Shown: positions 1-9,344, numbered from the stretch's first letter. The stretch: DNA of 64,000 nt from Candidatus Kapaibacterium sp. (GCA_963664875.1 OY761611.1:3104001-3168000); one strand, 5' to 3'. Made by a program: numbers and translations. The notes: generated by a model not told the origin, from the letters alone.

Positions 1-2916
1 GCTGTTATATGCTCGATTAATATATATGCGAGTGATGATATAGTCATAGAATTGCAAAATAGCTTTTTGACTGCCGCTGACTCTGAAATAGTATTAAATT
101 CTAAACTAAATGGTGAAAAGCCATTGAAATTTGAATACAAATACGCAAACATTGTATCGCCTAAAGTGATCGGCAAAAAGTATAATATGATGTTATATTG
201 TAATAATATGAAGAAAGATATTCAAATATCTGAAAAACTCTTTTATCAAGATATATACGATAATATCGATTTAACAGTTTATAAGAAAGGTACTTCTATT
301 AAGTATGACTTCATAGTTTATCCTCAAGGCAATCCCATGGATATTCAAATTGAAGTATCACAGTCTATAAAGCTTAAAGATGGTAAAATAGATTTTCTAA
401 ATTATAATGGATTGTCTGAGCTTTCTCCTCATACATACCAGATTAAAGACGGTCGTAAGCACACTATAGATAGTCGATTTGAAGTAAAAAATAATACGAT
501 TTCATTTTCAATTGGTAGCTATGATAAAAGTCTTCCTTTAGTTATAGATCCCGAAATTGTGTTCTCAAGTATTTTAGGTGGGAATTCATACGACTATGGC
601 GGGCACCTTGCAAAAGATAGTAAAGGCAATATTTACCATGCTTTTCAAACAGAAGCAAGCTTTCTTTCCAATGACGATGCTATCAATAATAAGCAAAGTG
701 GTAGAAATATTTGCATAATGAAGTATAATTCTAATATGGATGTACAGTGGGGAATGTATTTAGGGGGAGGAGGTACTAGCCACGTCATGGATATAAAATG
801 TGATAGCGAAGATAATATATGGATAGGTGGTGAGACTAATAGCTCTGGTTATCCAACTACTGTTAATGCTGTTCGTAGTTATGTAGCAGGATATTTCGAT
901 ATGGTACTAACTAAAATATCTCCTGATGGTGACATCCTGTATTCAACAATTTTCGGTGGTGGAGCATATGATGTTATTGCTGAAATAGATATTGATTCTA
1001 AAGACAATGTTTGGGCTACTGGGCGCTCTTCGGGTGGATTCTCAATTACATCCGGGGCTCAGCCTTTTTCAGGAGATTATGATGGCTTTATTTTTGGAGT
1101 CTCCGCAAAAGGTAATTTGCTTCTATCTACTTTTATTGGTACTTCCGATAGTGATATTGCTGAAGGAATTGCAGTAGATTCGGAAGATTATATTTATGTA
1201 TCAGGACATACCTTTTCTTCGTATTTTCCTACCTTCGGTAAAAATTCAATGCACTATTCAGGAAACAGAGATGCATTTTTATTAAAATATCATCCTGAAA
1301 AGGGCTTAATATGGTCAACTTACTTCGGAGGAGAGGCTTCAGACTGGGGCTCCAATCTTGAAATAGATGATTTTGATAATATTTATTTATCAGGCTATAC
1401 CAGTAGTTATAACCTACCTAACAGTATTAACTACATTCAAAACGGTAACTCGGGCAACATGGATATGTATTTATCTAAATTTAATACAGATGGCAAAAAT
1501 ATTTGGAGCACATTTTATGGTGGTGCATTCGAAGAGGGATATAATACGACAAATGATATGTACGGTGGTATTGATATAGATGCCAATGGTGATATCGTTT
1601 GGGGCGGACGTACTAAAAGCTCAAACATTCCTATGTTTGGTAGTGGAGGAAAACATCAATTTTCAGGGAACCAAGACGGGGTGGTAATTCTATTAGATAG
1701 CGATGGAAATCCTATATGGTCTAGTTTTATTGGTGGTAGCGGATACGAAGAAAACATAGACGTACTGTTTGATTCCCAAGGGAATATTTTATGTACGGGT
1801 AGTACTCAATCCTCAAATTTCCCTGTAACAGATAATCCATACAACAAAAGGTTTTCTTCTTCTGATGCATATATTATTAGATTTGGTGGGCGAATCAGTT
1901 CTTGTCACCAATCCGAATTTGAAATGGGGATTGAACCTGCCTCTTCTTTTGTGCTAAATGATCAGGCTAGTTACTTGAATGATACGCTTTTTATGCACAC
2001 TCAAAATTCTTATGCTAAGGGTTCTGTATGGTATCATAAATTATTGCCGGTGGATGTCGGATTTACTACCGAATTCAAATTTAGAATAACCCGTAATGAT
2101 GATTTTCAACATTTTAGCGAAGATAATGTTAAAACCGAAGGCGGGCTTGCCTTTGTTATTCAGAATGCTGCTACTAATGCCATTGGTGCAACTGCACAGG
2201 GCCTTGGCTATGATGGCATTCCCGAAGGTATCGCTATCGAATTTGATACTTATAAAGATGACGAAAATTCTTCTGAGGATATGAATGACCCGTCTAAGGG
2301 GCATATCTCTGTCATGGGTATGCTGAATGGTGCGATTTCAGCTAATCATGATGCCCAAAAAACTTTCGCCAATGTCGAACTGAAAGATGACAGCACTGTC
2401 TATCAGTGCAAAATCAAATACGACGGCAAATCTCAAAAACTTAGGATATTGTTCGCTGAAGCCGGAAAGACTTTAGAAGAAGTGATTCAGTTGAACATTG
2501 ATTTGACTTATTCTATTGATTTGAAAAATAATATGGGGGCTTATTTGGGTTTCACTGCTGCTAACGGCAATGCCCTGCAGACTCATGATATATTTGACTG
2601 GAAAGTTTGTCCTGACCCATTGAGCACTGAAACAAGTTATGGAGATTATGCAGGCAGTGATGCAAATGTTTTTGTATTCCCTAACCCGACTCATGACAAT
2701 ATAACAATCCATTACGCACCTGAAAAACTAAGCTATACTAACATCAATCTCTACGACCTGATCGGTAAAAAAATAAGTATGCTTTACAGCGGATTGGACG
2801 AAGCAGGAGAGCAAACTATAAGTATGCCTCTGCCTGATAATCTGGCTACAGGTGTCTATATCATTGAAGTTGATTATGGCTACCGAAAAGAATCTGTAAA
2901 AGTGATTGTTGAGTAA
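1..2916 (+). CDS. T9SS cargo protein: SBBP-type beta-propeller repeats + L-type (legume-like) lectin domain + T9SS C-terminal domain; 5' end lies outside the window
   Basis: Frame open from base 1 (AVICSINIYASDD..., tail of a signal peptide); YDKSLPLVIDP motif, repeated 'WSTYFGG...D...I.IDS.DNIY..G.T.S' units, lectin motifs GLAFVIQN/GIAIEFDTY/YLGFTAANG, CTD VFPNPTHD...GVYII...KVIVE. Confidence 0.85.
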   Translation, partial: AVICSINIYASDDIVIELQNSFLTAADSEIVLNSKLNGEKPLKFEYKYANIVSPKVIGKKYNMMLYCNNMKKDIQISEKLFYQDIYDNIDLTVYKKGTSIKYDFIVYPQGNPMDIQIEVSQSIKLKDGKIDFLNYNGLSELSPHTYQIKDGRKHTIDSRFEVKNNTISFSIGSYDKSLPLVIDPEIVFSSILGGNSYDYGGHLAKDSKGNIYHAFQTEASFLSNDDAINNKQSGRNICIMKYNSNMDVQWGMYLGGGGTSHVMDIKCDSEDNIWIGGETNSSGYPTTVNAVRSYVAGYFDMVLTKISPDGDILYSTIFGGGAYDVIAEIDIDSKDNVWATGRSSGGFSITSGAQPFSGDYDGFIFGVSAKGNLLLSTFIGTSDSDIAEGIAVDSEDYIYVSGHTFSSYFPTFGKNSMHYSGNRDAFLLKYHPEKGLIWSTYFGGEASDWGSNLEIDDFDNIYLSGYTSSYNLPNSINYIQNGNSGNMDMYLSKFNTDGKNIWSTFYGGAFEEGYNTTNDMYGGIDIDANGDIVWGGRTKSSNIPMFGSGGKHQFSGNQDGVVILLDSDGNPIWSSFIGGSGYEENIDVLFDSQGNILCTGSTQSSNFPVTDNPYNKRFSSSDAYIIRFGGRISSCHQSEFEMGIEPASSFVLNDQASYLNDTLFMHTQNSYAKGSVWYHKLLPVDVGFTTEFKFRITRNDDFQHFSEDNVKTEGGLAFVIQNAATNAIGATAQGLGYDGIPEGIAIEFDTYKDDENSSEDMNDPSKGHISVMGMLNGAISANHDAQKTFANVELKDDSTVYQCKIKYDGKSQKLRILFAEAGKTLEEVIQLNIDLTYSIDLKNNMGAYLGFTAANGNALQTHDIFDWKVCPDPLSTETSYGDYAGSDANVFVFPNPTHDNITIHYAPEKLSYTNINLYDLIGKKISMLYSGLDEAGEQTISMPLPDNLATGVYIIEVDYGYRKESVKVIVE

Positions 2917-2950
2917 AAGTATAAATTTTGCAGAGATTTGTATATATTAG

Positions 2951-2992
2951 GACTCGCCGCATAAGTTCACACTTCATATGGCGAGTCTTTTT
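2951..2992 (+). terminator. Rho-independent terminator
   Basis: GACTCGCC...GGCGAGTC stem followed by TTTTT, 35 nt after the stop codon. Confidence 0.65.
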
Positions 2993-3055
2993 ATTTAGCT
3001 CAAAAACAATAGAATCAATATCCGCAAAGCGGCATTTGCCTCTGCCTGATAATGA

Positions 3056-4153
3056 TTACCTCACCACCACAAACTTTTCTCTATAGTTTCCTATTTGAAT
3101 AAAATACAAGCCGGTCGGAAAATGTGACACATCAATCCGCACAGCACTGTCGTAATTCACAATCGAAGTTTCGTAATTGATTACTTCTTCGCCGAAATTG
3201 TCATATATTCTTATTAGATCGGATTCTGCAGCCGTAGGGTTAACCCTATGGTTGGTATAGTTGCGATAGCCTTCTATTTCCACATACTCTGTCGCAGGAT
3301 TCGGAGCTATGCTCAGTCTGTGTTCAATATTTTCTTCCACGCTTGTGATGCCTTCCCAGCCTGCGATGCGAGCCATCATCCACCAGAAAGCTTTGCCTTT
3401 TTGCTGGCAGTTGATACATTTGGAGTGGGCACAGCTGCAGTCCTCACATTCGCCCGGATTAGCTGCACACCATTCGTCCGCCCAGTTGCCACCGTCATAG
3501 TTACAGCCGTCATCGGCATATTTATCAAGGAAATAATTGCCGTCGGGGTCGTAGCTTTCGATATCTGCAAAGTCGAATAGAATTTTGTTATTTTCGCGGC
3601 AGTAGCTTCTGATTTGCTCATTTCTTTGGTTGACATTGCCCTCTTCGCCTGTGCCGTTGAGGTGTCCGGTCATGTACACAAAAGTTATATCGGGGAACTC
3701 TTGCTCTAACTGCGTCATCAGCGAGAGGTAAGTTTCTATGTCAGTAGAGCTGCCGTCCACCTGACCGCACCATGACCACATAACTAAATTGATATTTTTT
3801 GTATTGTTTGTAAGCATATTGCGAGTGCGGGTAGCCCATGTTTGTCTGTCGGGGTTGCCGAGATCGCCGGCAAGCAGTGAGGCATCGTTCAGATAGAGCG
3901 AAGATTCGCCGTCGTTGTAAGTATAAATGGAATTAGGCAGCGATTCCAGAATATTCATACCGGAAACAATCTGGCTGCCGTGCGAAGTATGCCCGTAAGC
4001 AATGCGGAAGCTCGATTTTGCAGTCAGCACCCAAGTGTCAGGCACCTGACTCAAATCGGTGCAGGCATGGTCAATTATAATCGGCTTATCCAAGCCAAAA
4101 GACTTGAGCGACAACAGCGAAAAGACCAAAAGCAGTAACAAACTTTTTCTCAT
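3056..4153 (-). CDS. Secreted uncharacterised protein (possible SGNH-like hydrolase fold) with T9SS C-terminal domain
   Basis: Signal peptide MRKSLLLLLVFSLL (ATG at 4153 preferred over TTG at 4183); AYGHTSHGSQ, FVYMTGH and LFDFADIES motifs; CTD IAPNPA...TGLYFIQI...EKFVVVR. Confidence 0.8.
   Translation of the reverse strand: MRKSLLLLLVFSLLSLKSFGLDKPIIIDHACTDLSQVPDTWVLTAKSSFRIAYGHTSHGSQIVSGMNILESLPNSIYTYNDGESSLYLNDASLLAGDLGNPDRQTWATRTRNMLTNNTKNINLVMWSWCGQVDGSSTDIETYLSLMTQLEQEFPDITFVYMTGHLNGTGEEGNVNQRNEQIRSYCRENNKILFDFADIESYDPDGNYFLDKYADDGCNYDGGNWADEWCAANPGECEDCSCAHSKCINCQQKGKAFWWMMARIAGWEGITSVEENIEHRLSIAPNPATEYVEIEGYRNYTNHRVNPTAAESDLIRIYDNFGEEVINYETSIVNYDSAVRIDVSHFPTGLYFIQIGNYREKFVVVR
3232..3251. 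repeat. 20-bp near-perfect palindrome inside the coding sequence of a T9SS CTD
   Basis: CCGTAGGGTTAACCCTATGG (one mismatched pair), encoding part of NHRVNPTA. Confidence 0.7.
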
Positions 4154-4385
4154 CCGAACCCCCAAACTTTTATAATCGAACAAAGCAATTAGCCGAATAT
4201 ATAAAATTTTATTTTAATAAATGGGGGGGGATTATTTGTTGGTGTTGTGATGTAGTTGTTCGTTTTTGGGAATTGTTATAGGTCAAAAATTCTACAGAGT
4301 AATAAACACATTTAGCATCATTATCTTTTAAAAAATTATTCTGTATCTTTTGGGATTTCCCATCTATTAGCCACAAATCTCCAAA

Positions 4386-5270
4386 TTAATTATTTTCCTC
4401 GAAGAAATCATTATCCAGCTCTTTTACCTCATAAATAGCCTTAACCTGAATACCAACATTATATTGATGCAAAAGATCTACCAATTTTAAACCATCAATT
4501 AAGATTATTGTATGATGAGCATCGTGAGCCTTTTTAATTGCTCCTGTATCAAAGGATGAGGTGGTAACGAAAACACCTTTTTGAGTATCTCCACTCATAG
4601 CTCCGATAAAATTACGAATGTCCTTTTCACGTACCTTATTTTCTCCATATCGCTTAGCTTGAATGTAAATTTTATCCAATCCAAGTTTATCTTCATTAAT
4701 TATTCCATCAATTCCACCATCTCCAGTTTTCGCTGTTTCAACAAAATCTCCGTATCCCATTTTTTTGAGGAGAATAAGAATAACTTTCTCAAAATAGAAT
4801 GGATCAATTTCCTTTAGTTTTTCTAATAATTCATCTTTTACCTGAATGTCAATTTGATTAAAACCTTCGTCAATCAGGTCTTGTGGTGATGCGTTCTTAA
4901 TTATAGAAGGAGTCGATTCTTTTTGGGAGTTTTCCTCATTGTAGAATTCAAGGTAATTATCAGAGCTTTCAACTTGTTTTAAAGTCAAGTCTGATGTTGT
5001 TTGAGTTTTTCCTTTTTCTGTTATTCTTACAAATCCTCTTTTAGGGAATTCAATATATCCTCCCTTTTTTAAGTAAGACTTCCCCCAAGCAATCCTGTTA
5101 ATTATTAAAAGGTCACCACTTTTTGTTTTTTCTTCCAATTGCTCTTTTGAAAGTTCCGTATAGAATTGAGCGATTACTTTTTTATACAATTCTCTTGCTT
5201 GGAGAGTTTCTCCATTTTCTAACACTTTCAAAATTGGAATGAAAGTCTCATGAAATTTTGGCATTTCCAT
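4386..5270 (-). CDS. mrr: Mrr-family type IV restriction endonuclease
   Basis: N-terminal MPKFHETFIPILKVL...INRIAWGKSYLKKGG (Mrr_N) and catalytic GDGGIDG...IYIQAKRY...GVFVTTSSF...LIDG motifs. Confidence 0.92.
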   Translation of the reverse strand: MEMPKFHETFIPILKVLENGETLQARELYKKVIAQFYTELSKEQLEEKTKSGDLLIINRIAWGKSYLKKGGYIEFPKRGFVRITEKGKTQTTSDLTLKQVESSDNYLEFYNEENSQKESTPSIIKNASPQDLIDEGFNQIDIQVKDELLEKLKEIDPFYFEKVILILLKKMGYGDFVETAKTGDGGIDGIINEDKLGLDKIYIQAKRYGENKVREKDIRNFIGAMSGDTQKGVFVTTSSFDTGAIKKAHDAHHTIILIDGLKLVDLLHQYNVGIQVKAIYEVKELDNDFFEENN

Positions 5271-5440
5271 AATTTATCTTGTCCTTTGTGTTCGTCCTAA
5301 TTAAGCATCTAACTCGTTTCTATACGAAACGCTCAATTACACAAGCAAATATAGAAAAGAATAATTTAATTTTAAGTTGAAAATTCGTACAACATGTTAA
5401 AAAATATGAGATAGCTTAAAAACCAACACTTTCTCCTCCA

Positions 5441-5488
5441 AATAAAAAACTACTCAGCCATCAACTCTATCTCATAGCCGGATTTGCC
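5441..5488. repeat. 48-bp perfect direct repeat, copy 2 (copy of the 3' end of the NHL/thioredoxin gene)
   Basis: AATAAAAAACTACTCAGCCATCAACTCTATCTCATAGCCGGATTTGCC identical to 7371-7418. Confidence 0.95.
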
Positions 5489-6740
5489 TGGTTTCCAAAT
5501 TGCTATCAAATTGAATTTCAGCTCTAATCTTGTCGGACAAAACTTCATTGTCAATCAGAATATTAACTATAACGTTTCGATGGATTCCACAAGTCATTTT
5601 GTTGTATAAAATTTCGAGTGGTTCTTGGCATTCCTTTGTCTTATTTGCTGTGTAAATATTGGAATAGATACCTGCCAATGCTTCAACTTTGTCTTCATTG
5701 TTGGTTTGAGTTGCAATTTGACTCAATATTTGATCATCTCCGCTTTCGTAATTTGAAGTCAAGATTTCTAAATAATCAATTGGATTTTTTGAGGTCTGAA
5801 TTTTACTTATAGCAAACTCTCTAATCTCTTTACTCTGTAAATGTTGTAATGAGCTAATTGCGTATTCAACTATTCGATTTCTATTTGTCGGCTTTTGTTT
5901 TGCAAAGTCTAAAATTATTCTGCTGTCAAACGGAAACTTATACAAATCAAAAACATGTAAAAGGTTTTCTATATTGGATTTGTCTCTTTCTATTAGCAAT
6001 TGCTTAGCTAATTGATTGATTTCTTTTTCGCTCAGATTTCTTATTGAGAAAAAGAGATTTTTACCATTCAAAACTTCGTCAACAATGTCCCTGTATTTTT
6101 TGTTCTTAGGTTGATGCTTTTTTTGAATTGACTTTGTTTGTTTGATATTTTCCAGATAGATCCGGATATGTTTGTTTACTTTAGCAAGGTTTTCAAGAGT
6201 GTCCATTACTTTCAAAGCAGGATGAGCTTCCTGGAAATGCCTGATAATATTGTCATCTTGATGATTAGTAGGATTTATTTCAATATACTTTCCAAACTTT
6301 TCAGCAATAAAAATAAGTCCCTCAAGACCATCAAGCTCCAATATCTCGTAATAGCCCAACCAATCTGAGCCTTCTATAGGATTAAAACAGAATCTGTCGT
6401 ATATAGCTTGTCTCATTTCATTATCGCCTTTTTGGGCAAATATCTTCGCAATCGCAAATAAATGAGTCAGACTCCAAGTATCTTTTTGTTCGTTTGCAAG
6501 ACCTTGGAGTATAGATTTTCTGATTTTATCTTTTTTATCAGAAAGTAAATATAAATCGAAGATATATTGAGCCCTATTTGATTCAATTTGCCCGTCGTAA
6601 GCATAATTTTTCAAAGCTCCTTTGATAATATAGGTAGAAAAATCGATTCCCGTATTTTTCTTAGCTATCAAATATGCTTCTCCTGTTCCACGTTTTAATG
6701 AGTCAAAAAAACGTTTCTTTATATCTGTTCTTGTTATTAT
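5472..6740 (-). CDS. Hypothetical helical protein; start uncertain (TTG 6671 or ATA at 6737/6740)
   Basis: Long ORF; frame stays open to 6749 (ITRTDIKKRFFDSLKRGTGEAYL) with AGGAGG at 6746-6751; last codons RQIRL* come from the 48-bp repeat. Confidence 0.7.
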   Translation of the reverse strand: MITRTDIKKRFFDSLKRGTGEAYLIAKKNTGIDFSTYIIKGALKNYAYDGQIESNRAQYIFDLYLLSDKKDKIRKSILQGLANEQKDTWSLTHLFAIAKIFAQKGDNEMRQAIYDRFCFNPIEGSDWLGYYEILELDGLEGLIFIAEKFGKYIEINPTNHQDDNIIRHFQEAHPALKVMDTLENLAKVNKHIRIYLENIKQTKSIQKKHQPKNKKYRDIVDEVLNGKNLFFSIRNLSEKEINQLAKQLLIERDKSNIENLLHVFDLYKFPFDSRIILDFAKQKPTNRNRIVEYAISSLQHLQSKEIREFAISKIQTSKNPIDYLEILTSNYESGDDQILSQIATQTNNEDKVEALAGIYSNIYTANKTKECQEPLEILYNKMTCGIHRNVIVNILIDNEVLSDKIRAEIQFDSNLETRQIRL

Positions 6741-6764
6741 TATGTCCTCCTAAGCAATATGTAT

Positions 6765-7271
6765 TTAGCTATACTTTTTCTCTGCTCTAAACCATTTTGC
6801 AATAAGATCATATTTTGTAAATAGAAACAAACCTAGTAATATATTAACTCCGCTTACTGCCCATTGGAAATATTGCTTAGATGTGTATTCATAACCAACA
6901 ACTTCAGATTTATAAGAGAAAAGAGCATGGCTAATAAAATTTGGAATATTGTTCAAAATTAGAAATCCACCTATTATAAAAGATCCAATTTTAACAATAT
7001 CACTTGGTTTTATATTCCCAAAATCAATTCTATCATCATCAAATCCCTTATCAAGTTTCAAAAGTTGGACAACTTTGTCTGCCTTAGATAACAAAATAAC
7101 TGTAATTCCTATAGCTATACCTGAACCAAAAATTGACCATAATATAGCAGCAATGCCAAAGTCTAGACTTATGCTTGACAGGCTATTAGGTATCACAGAA
7201 AATAATGTAGTTATAATCGAATAAAGTCCAAATACTTTAATTAGCAGAATGAAAAAGTCTCTTTTTGTCAT
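6765..7271 (-). CDS. Hypothetical membrane protein (about 4 TM segments)
   Basis: 168-aa ORF with four hydrophobic stretches. Confidence 0.75.
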   Translation of the reverse strand: MTKRDFFILLIKVFGLYSIITTLFSVIPNSLSSISLDFGIAAILWSIFGSGIAIGITVILLSKADKVVQLLKLDKGFDDDRIDFGNIKPSDIVKIGSFIIGGFLILNNIPNFISHALFSYKSEVVGYEYTSKQYFQWAVSGVNILLGLFLFTKYDLIAKWFRAEKKYS

Positions 7272-7370
7272 GGGTTTTGTCTTTTATTGTTACACAAAAA
7301 TCCGTCTGCTTTGTGAAAAACAAACGGATGACAAAAATACTAAAAAATTTCAATATTGCAAGTTGTTAAT

Positions 7371-7418
7371 AATAAAAAACTACTCAGCCATCAACTCTAT
7401 CTCATAGCCGGATTTGCC
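7371..7418. repeat. 48-bp perfect direct repeat, copy 1 (last codons and stop of the NHL gene)
   Basis: Identical to 5441-5488; encodes GKSGYEIELMAE* on the minus strand. Confidence 0.95.
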
Positions 7419-9344
7419 GCTCTCGATATACTCTAAAAGTAGTTTCTTTTTGTCGAAGGCGACGTAGCATTTGGCTTCTTTGCCTTTTTCGCAGTAGTAG
7501 ATGCTGTAGTCCAACCAAAGGTGTTTTGGTCTGCCGCTAAGGTCGATTTTAATATCGCTTAGCTCGGCGGCGCTTTCCCACTTGCTCCCGTCAAAGGAGT
7601 AACGGAATAATGCCGGAGCGTCCTCTGTAAACTTCATGTTCGCAGGTAGCCCGAACTTAACGGAAAAGTTAGGTATCGCCTGAGCTATGTATTTCTTTTC
7701 TATGAGCTTGCCGTTAGCAGGCAACATATTTTCTATGATGTCAATCTTGAATGTGCTAATCTGCTTAGTGTCGAGATTTGCCACACGGATGAGGTCATTA
7801 TTTGTGTCGGTGATGTAAAGCAAATTGCCAACTACTTCCACATCGTTAGGCTCGTTAAGCTGTGACTCGTCGAAGTCGCCGTCCTTATAGCCACGCTCAC
7901 CCGTACCAATCAGAGTAGAAAGGCGTTTGGTTTTCGGGTCAAGCAGCTTGATTTTGTGGTTGTAAGTGTCAGCAATATAAACTTTACCATTGTGGTAGGT
8001 GCATCCGATGGCGTGCTGCAGCCTCGAACGAGGGAAACTGCCGTCCACATCGCCAAACTCGAAAAGCCCCTGCCCAACCAAAGAAGTAACATCGCCCTCC
8101 TTGCTGTCAATCATCCTAATACCGCTAACTTCACTATCGGCAATGTAGAAATTTCTGCCGTCGTAGGCTATTCCGCTCGGCTGAGCAAAAGAGGAATTAG
8201 CGAGATTGCCGTCAATAATATCCTCACGGCCGTTCCCTGCATATATTCCGCTTGTCGATTTAGTAAGGTCAATGCTCCAAATCTGATGCGGCCCTGCCAT
8301 TGCAACAATTAGTTTATCGCCAAGCTGAACAAGATCCCAAGGGCTGTTTAGCTCTTCGGTCAGAGCGTCGCCACCCTGTTCGCCCCAGCCACCTTGGTCA
8401 CCTGTTCCGGCAATTGTCGAAACAGTTTCTTTTAGCAAATCAATCTTTCTTATCGCATGATTTTCGGTATCGGCGACATAAAGAGCATCATCTGTTTCGG
8501 AATAATAAACTCCCTGCGGACGGAAAAACTGAGCCTCAGCAAAAGAGCCATCTTTAAAACCGATTTTGCCTGTACCTATTATGTATATAGGCTTGCCGTT
8601 TTCGTCAGTGCCGATGATGCGATTATGGTTAGAATCGCTTATCCAAAGGATATTTCGTTTGCTGTCAAAGCTGATTTTCCCGGGATAAGAAAGCAGAGAT
8701 TTGGGCTTCGAGCTTTTCTCCAATACAAGATTTAGCGGTGTGCGGTCGATTTCGCCAATCTCATCAAATTCTGTAATAATATCTTCTATCAAATCTCTCA
8801 GTTTAATATAAACTCCTTCGCCGGAAGTAACACCAAGCAACTTGCCGCGTGGGTTAATCAAAGCGAAAGAAGGCCATGCACGAACTCCATACTCCCGCCA
8901 CACTTTAAAATCCTTATCGTTCACAACAGGATGCTCAATTTCATAGCGGAGTATCGCCTCTCTGATATTATCGGTTACTTTCTCGTTTTCAAACTTTGCG
9001 GAATGCACACCAATAACAACAAGCTCCTCGGCGAACTCTTCCTCCAATTTTTTCAAATCAGGAATAACGTGTATGCAGTTAATGCAGCAATATGTCCAAA
9101 AGTCAAGCAAGACTACTTTACCTTTTAGGTCTTTTATCGATAAGGGCTGTTCTGTGTTTAGCCATTCCAAGCCATCATGAAAATCCGGTGCGTTCACTGT
9201 TCCTGAGTACTGCATCTCACTATCCTTTTTAGTTTGTAACTTTTTTGAGTTTAGATTGTCTTCTTTATAGTTGGCATTGCAGGAACTTATTGAACCTGCG
9301 AGCAGTATAAAGAGTAGTAATATATATAGATGTATTTTTGACAT
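7380..9344 (-). CDS. Thioredoxin-like + NHL-repeat protein (NHLRC2/SOQ1-like), probable lipoprotein
   Basis: LKGKVVLLDFWTYCCINCIH redoxin motif; multiple NHL repeats (LYVADTENHAIRKID, YIADTYNHKIK); N-terminal hydrophobic stretch ending ISSC. Confidence 0.9.
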   Translation of the reverse strand: MSKIHLYILLLFILLAGSISSCNANYKEDNLNSKKLQTKKDSEMQYSGTVNAPDFHDGLEWLNTEQPLSIKDLKGKVVLLDFWTYCCINCIHVIPDLKKLEEEFAEELVVIGVHSAKFENEKVTDNIREAILRYEIEHPVVNDKDFKVWREYGVRAWPSFALINPRGKLLGVTSGEGVYIKLRDLIEDIITEFDEIGEIDRTPLNLVLEKSSKPKSLLSYPGKISFDSKRNILWISDSNHNRIIGTDENGKPIYIIGTGKIGFKDGSFAEAQFFRPQGVYYSETDDALYVADTENHAIRKIDLLKETVSTIAGTGDQGGWGEQGGDALTEELNSPWDLVQLGDKLIVAMAGPHQIWSIDLTKSTSGIYAGNGREDIIDGNLANSSFAQPSGIAYDGRNFYIADSEVSGIRMIDSKEGDVTSLVGQGLFEFGDVDGSFPRSRLQHAIGCTYHNGKVYIADTYNHKIKLLDPKTKRLSTLIGTGERGYKDGDFDESQLNEPNDVEVVGNLLYITDTNNDLIRVANLDTKQISTFKIDIIENMLPANGKLIEKKYIAQAIPNFSVKFGLPANMKFTEDAPALFRYSFDGSKWESAAELSDIKIDLSGRPKHLWLDYSIYYCEKGKEAKCYVAFDKKKLLLEYIESGKSGYEIELMAE

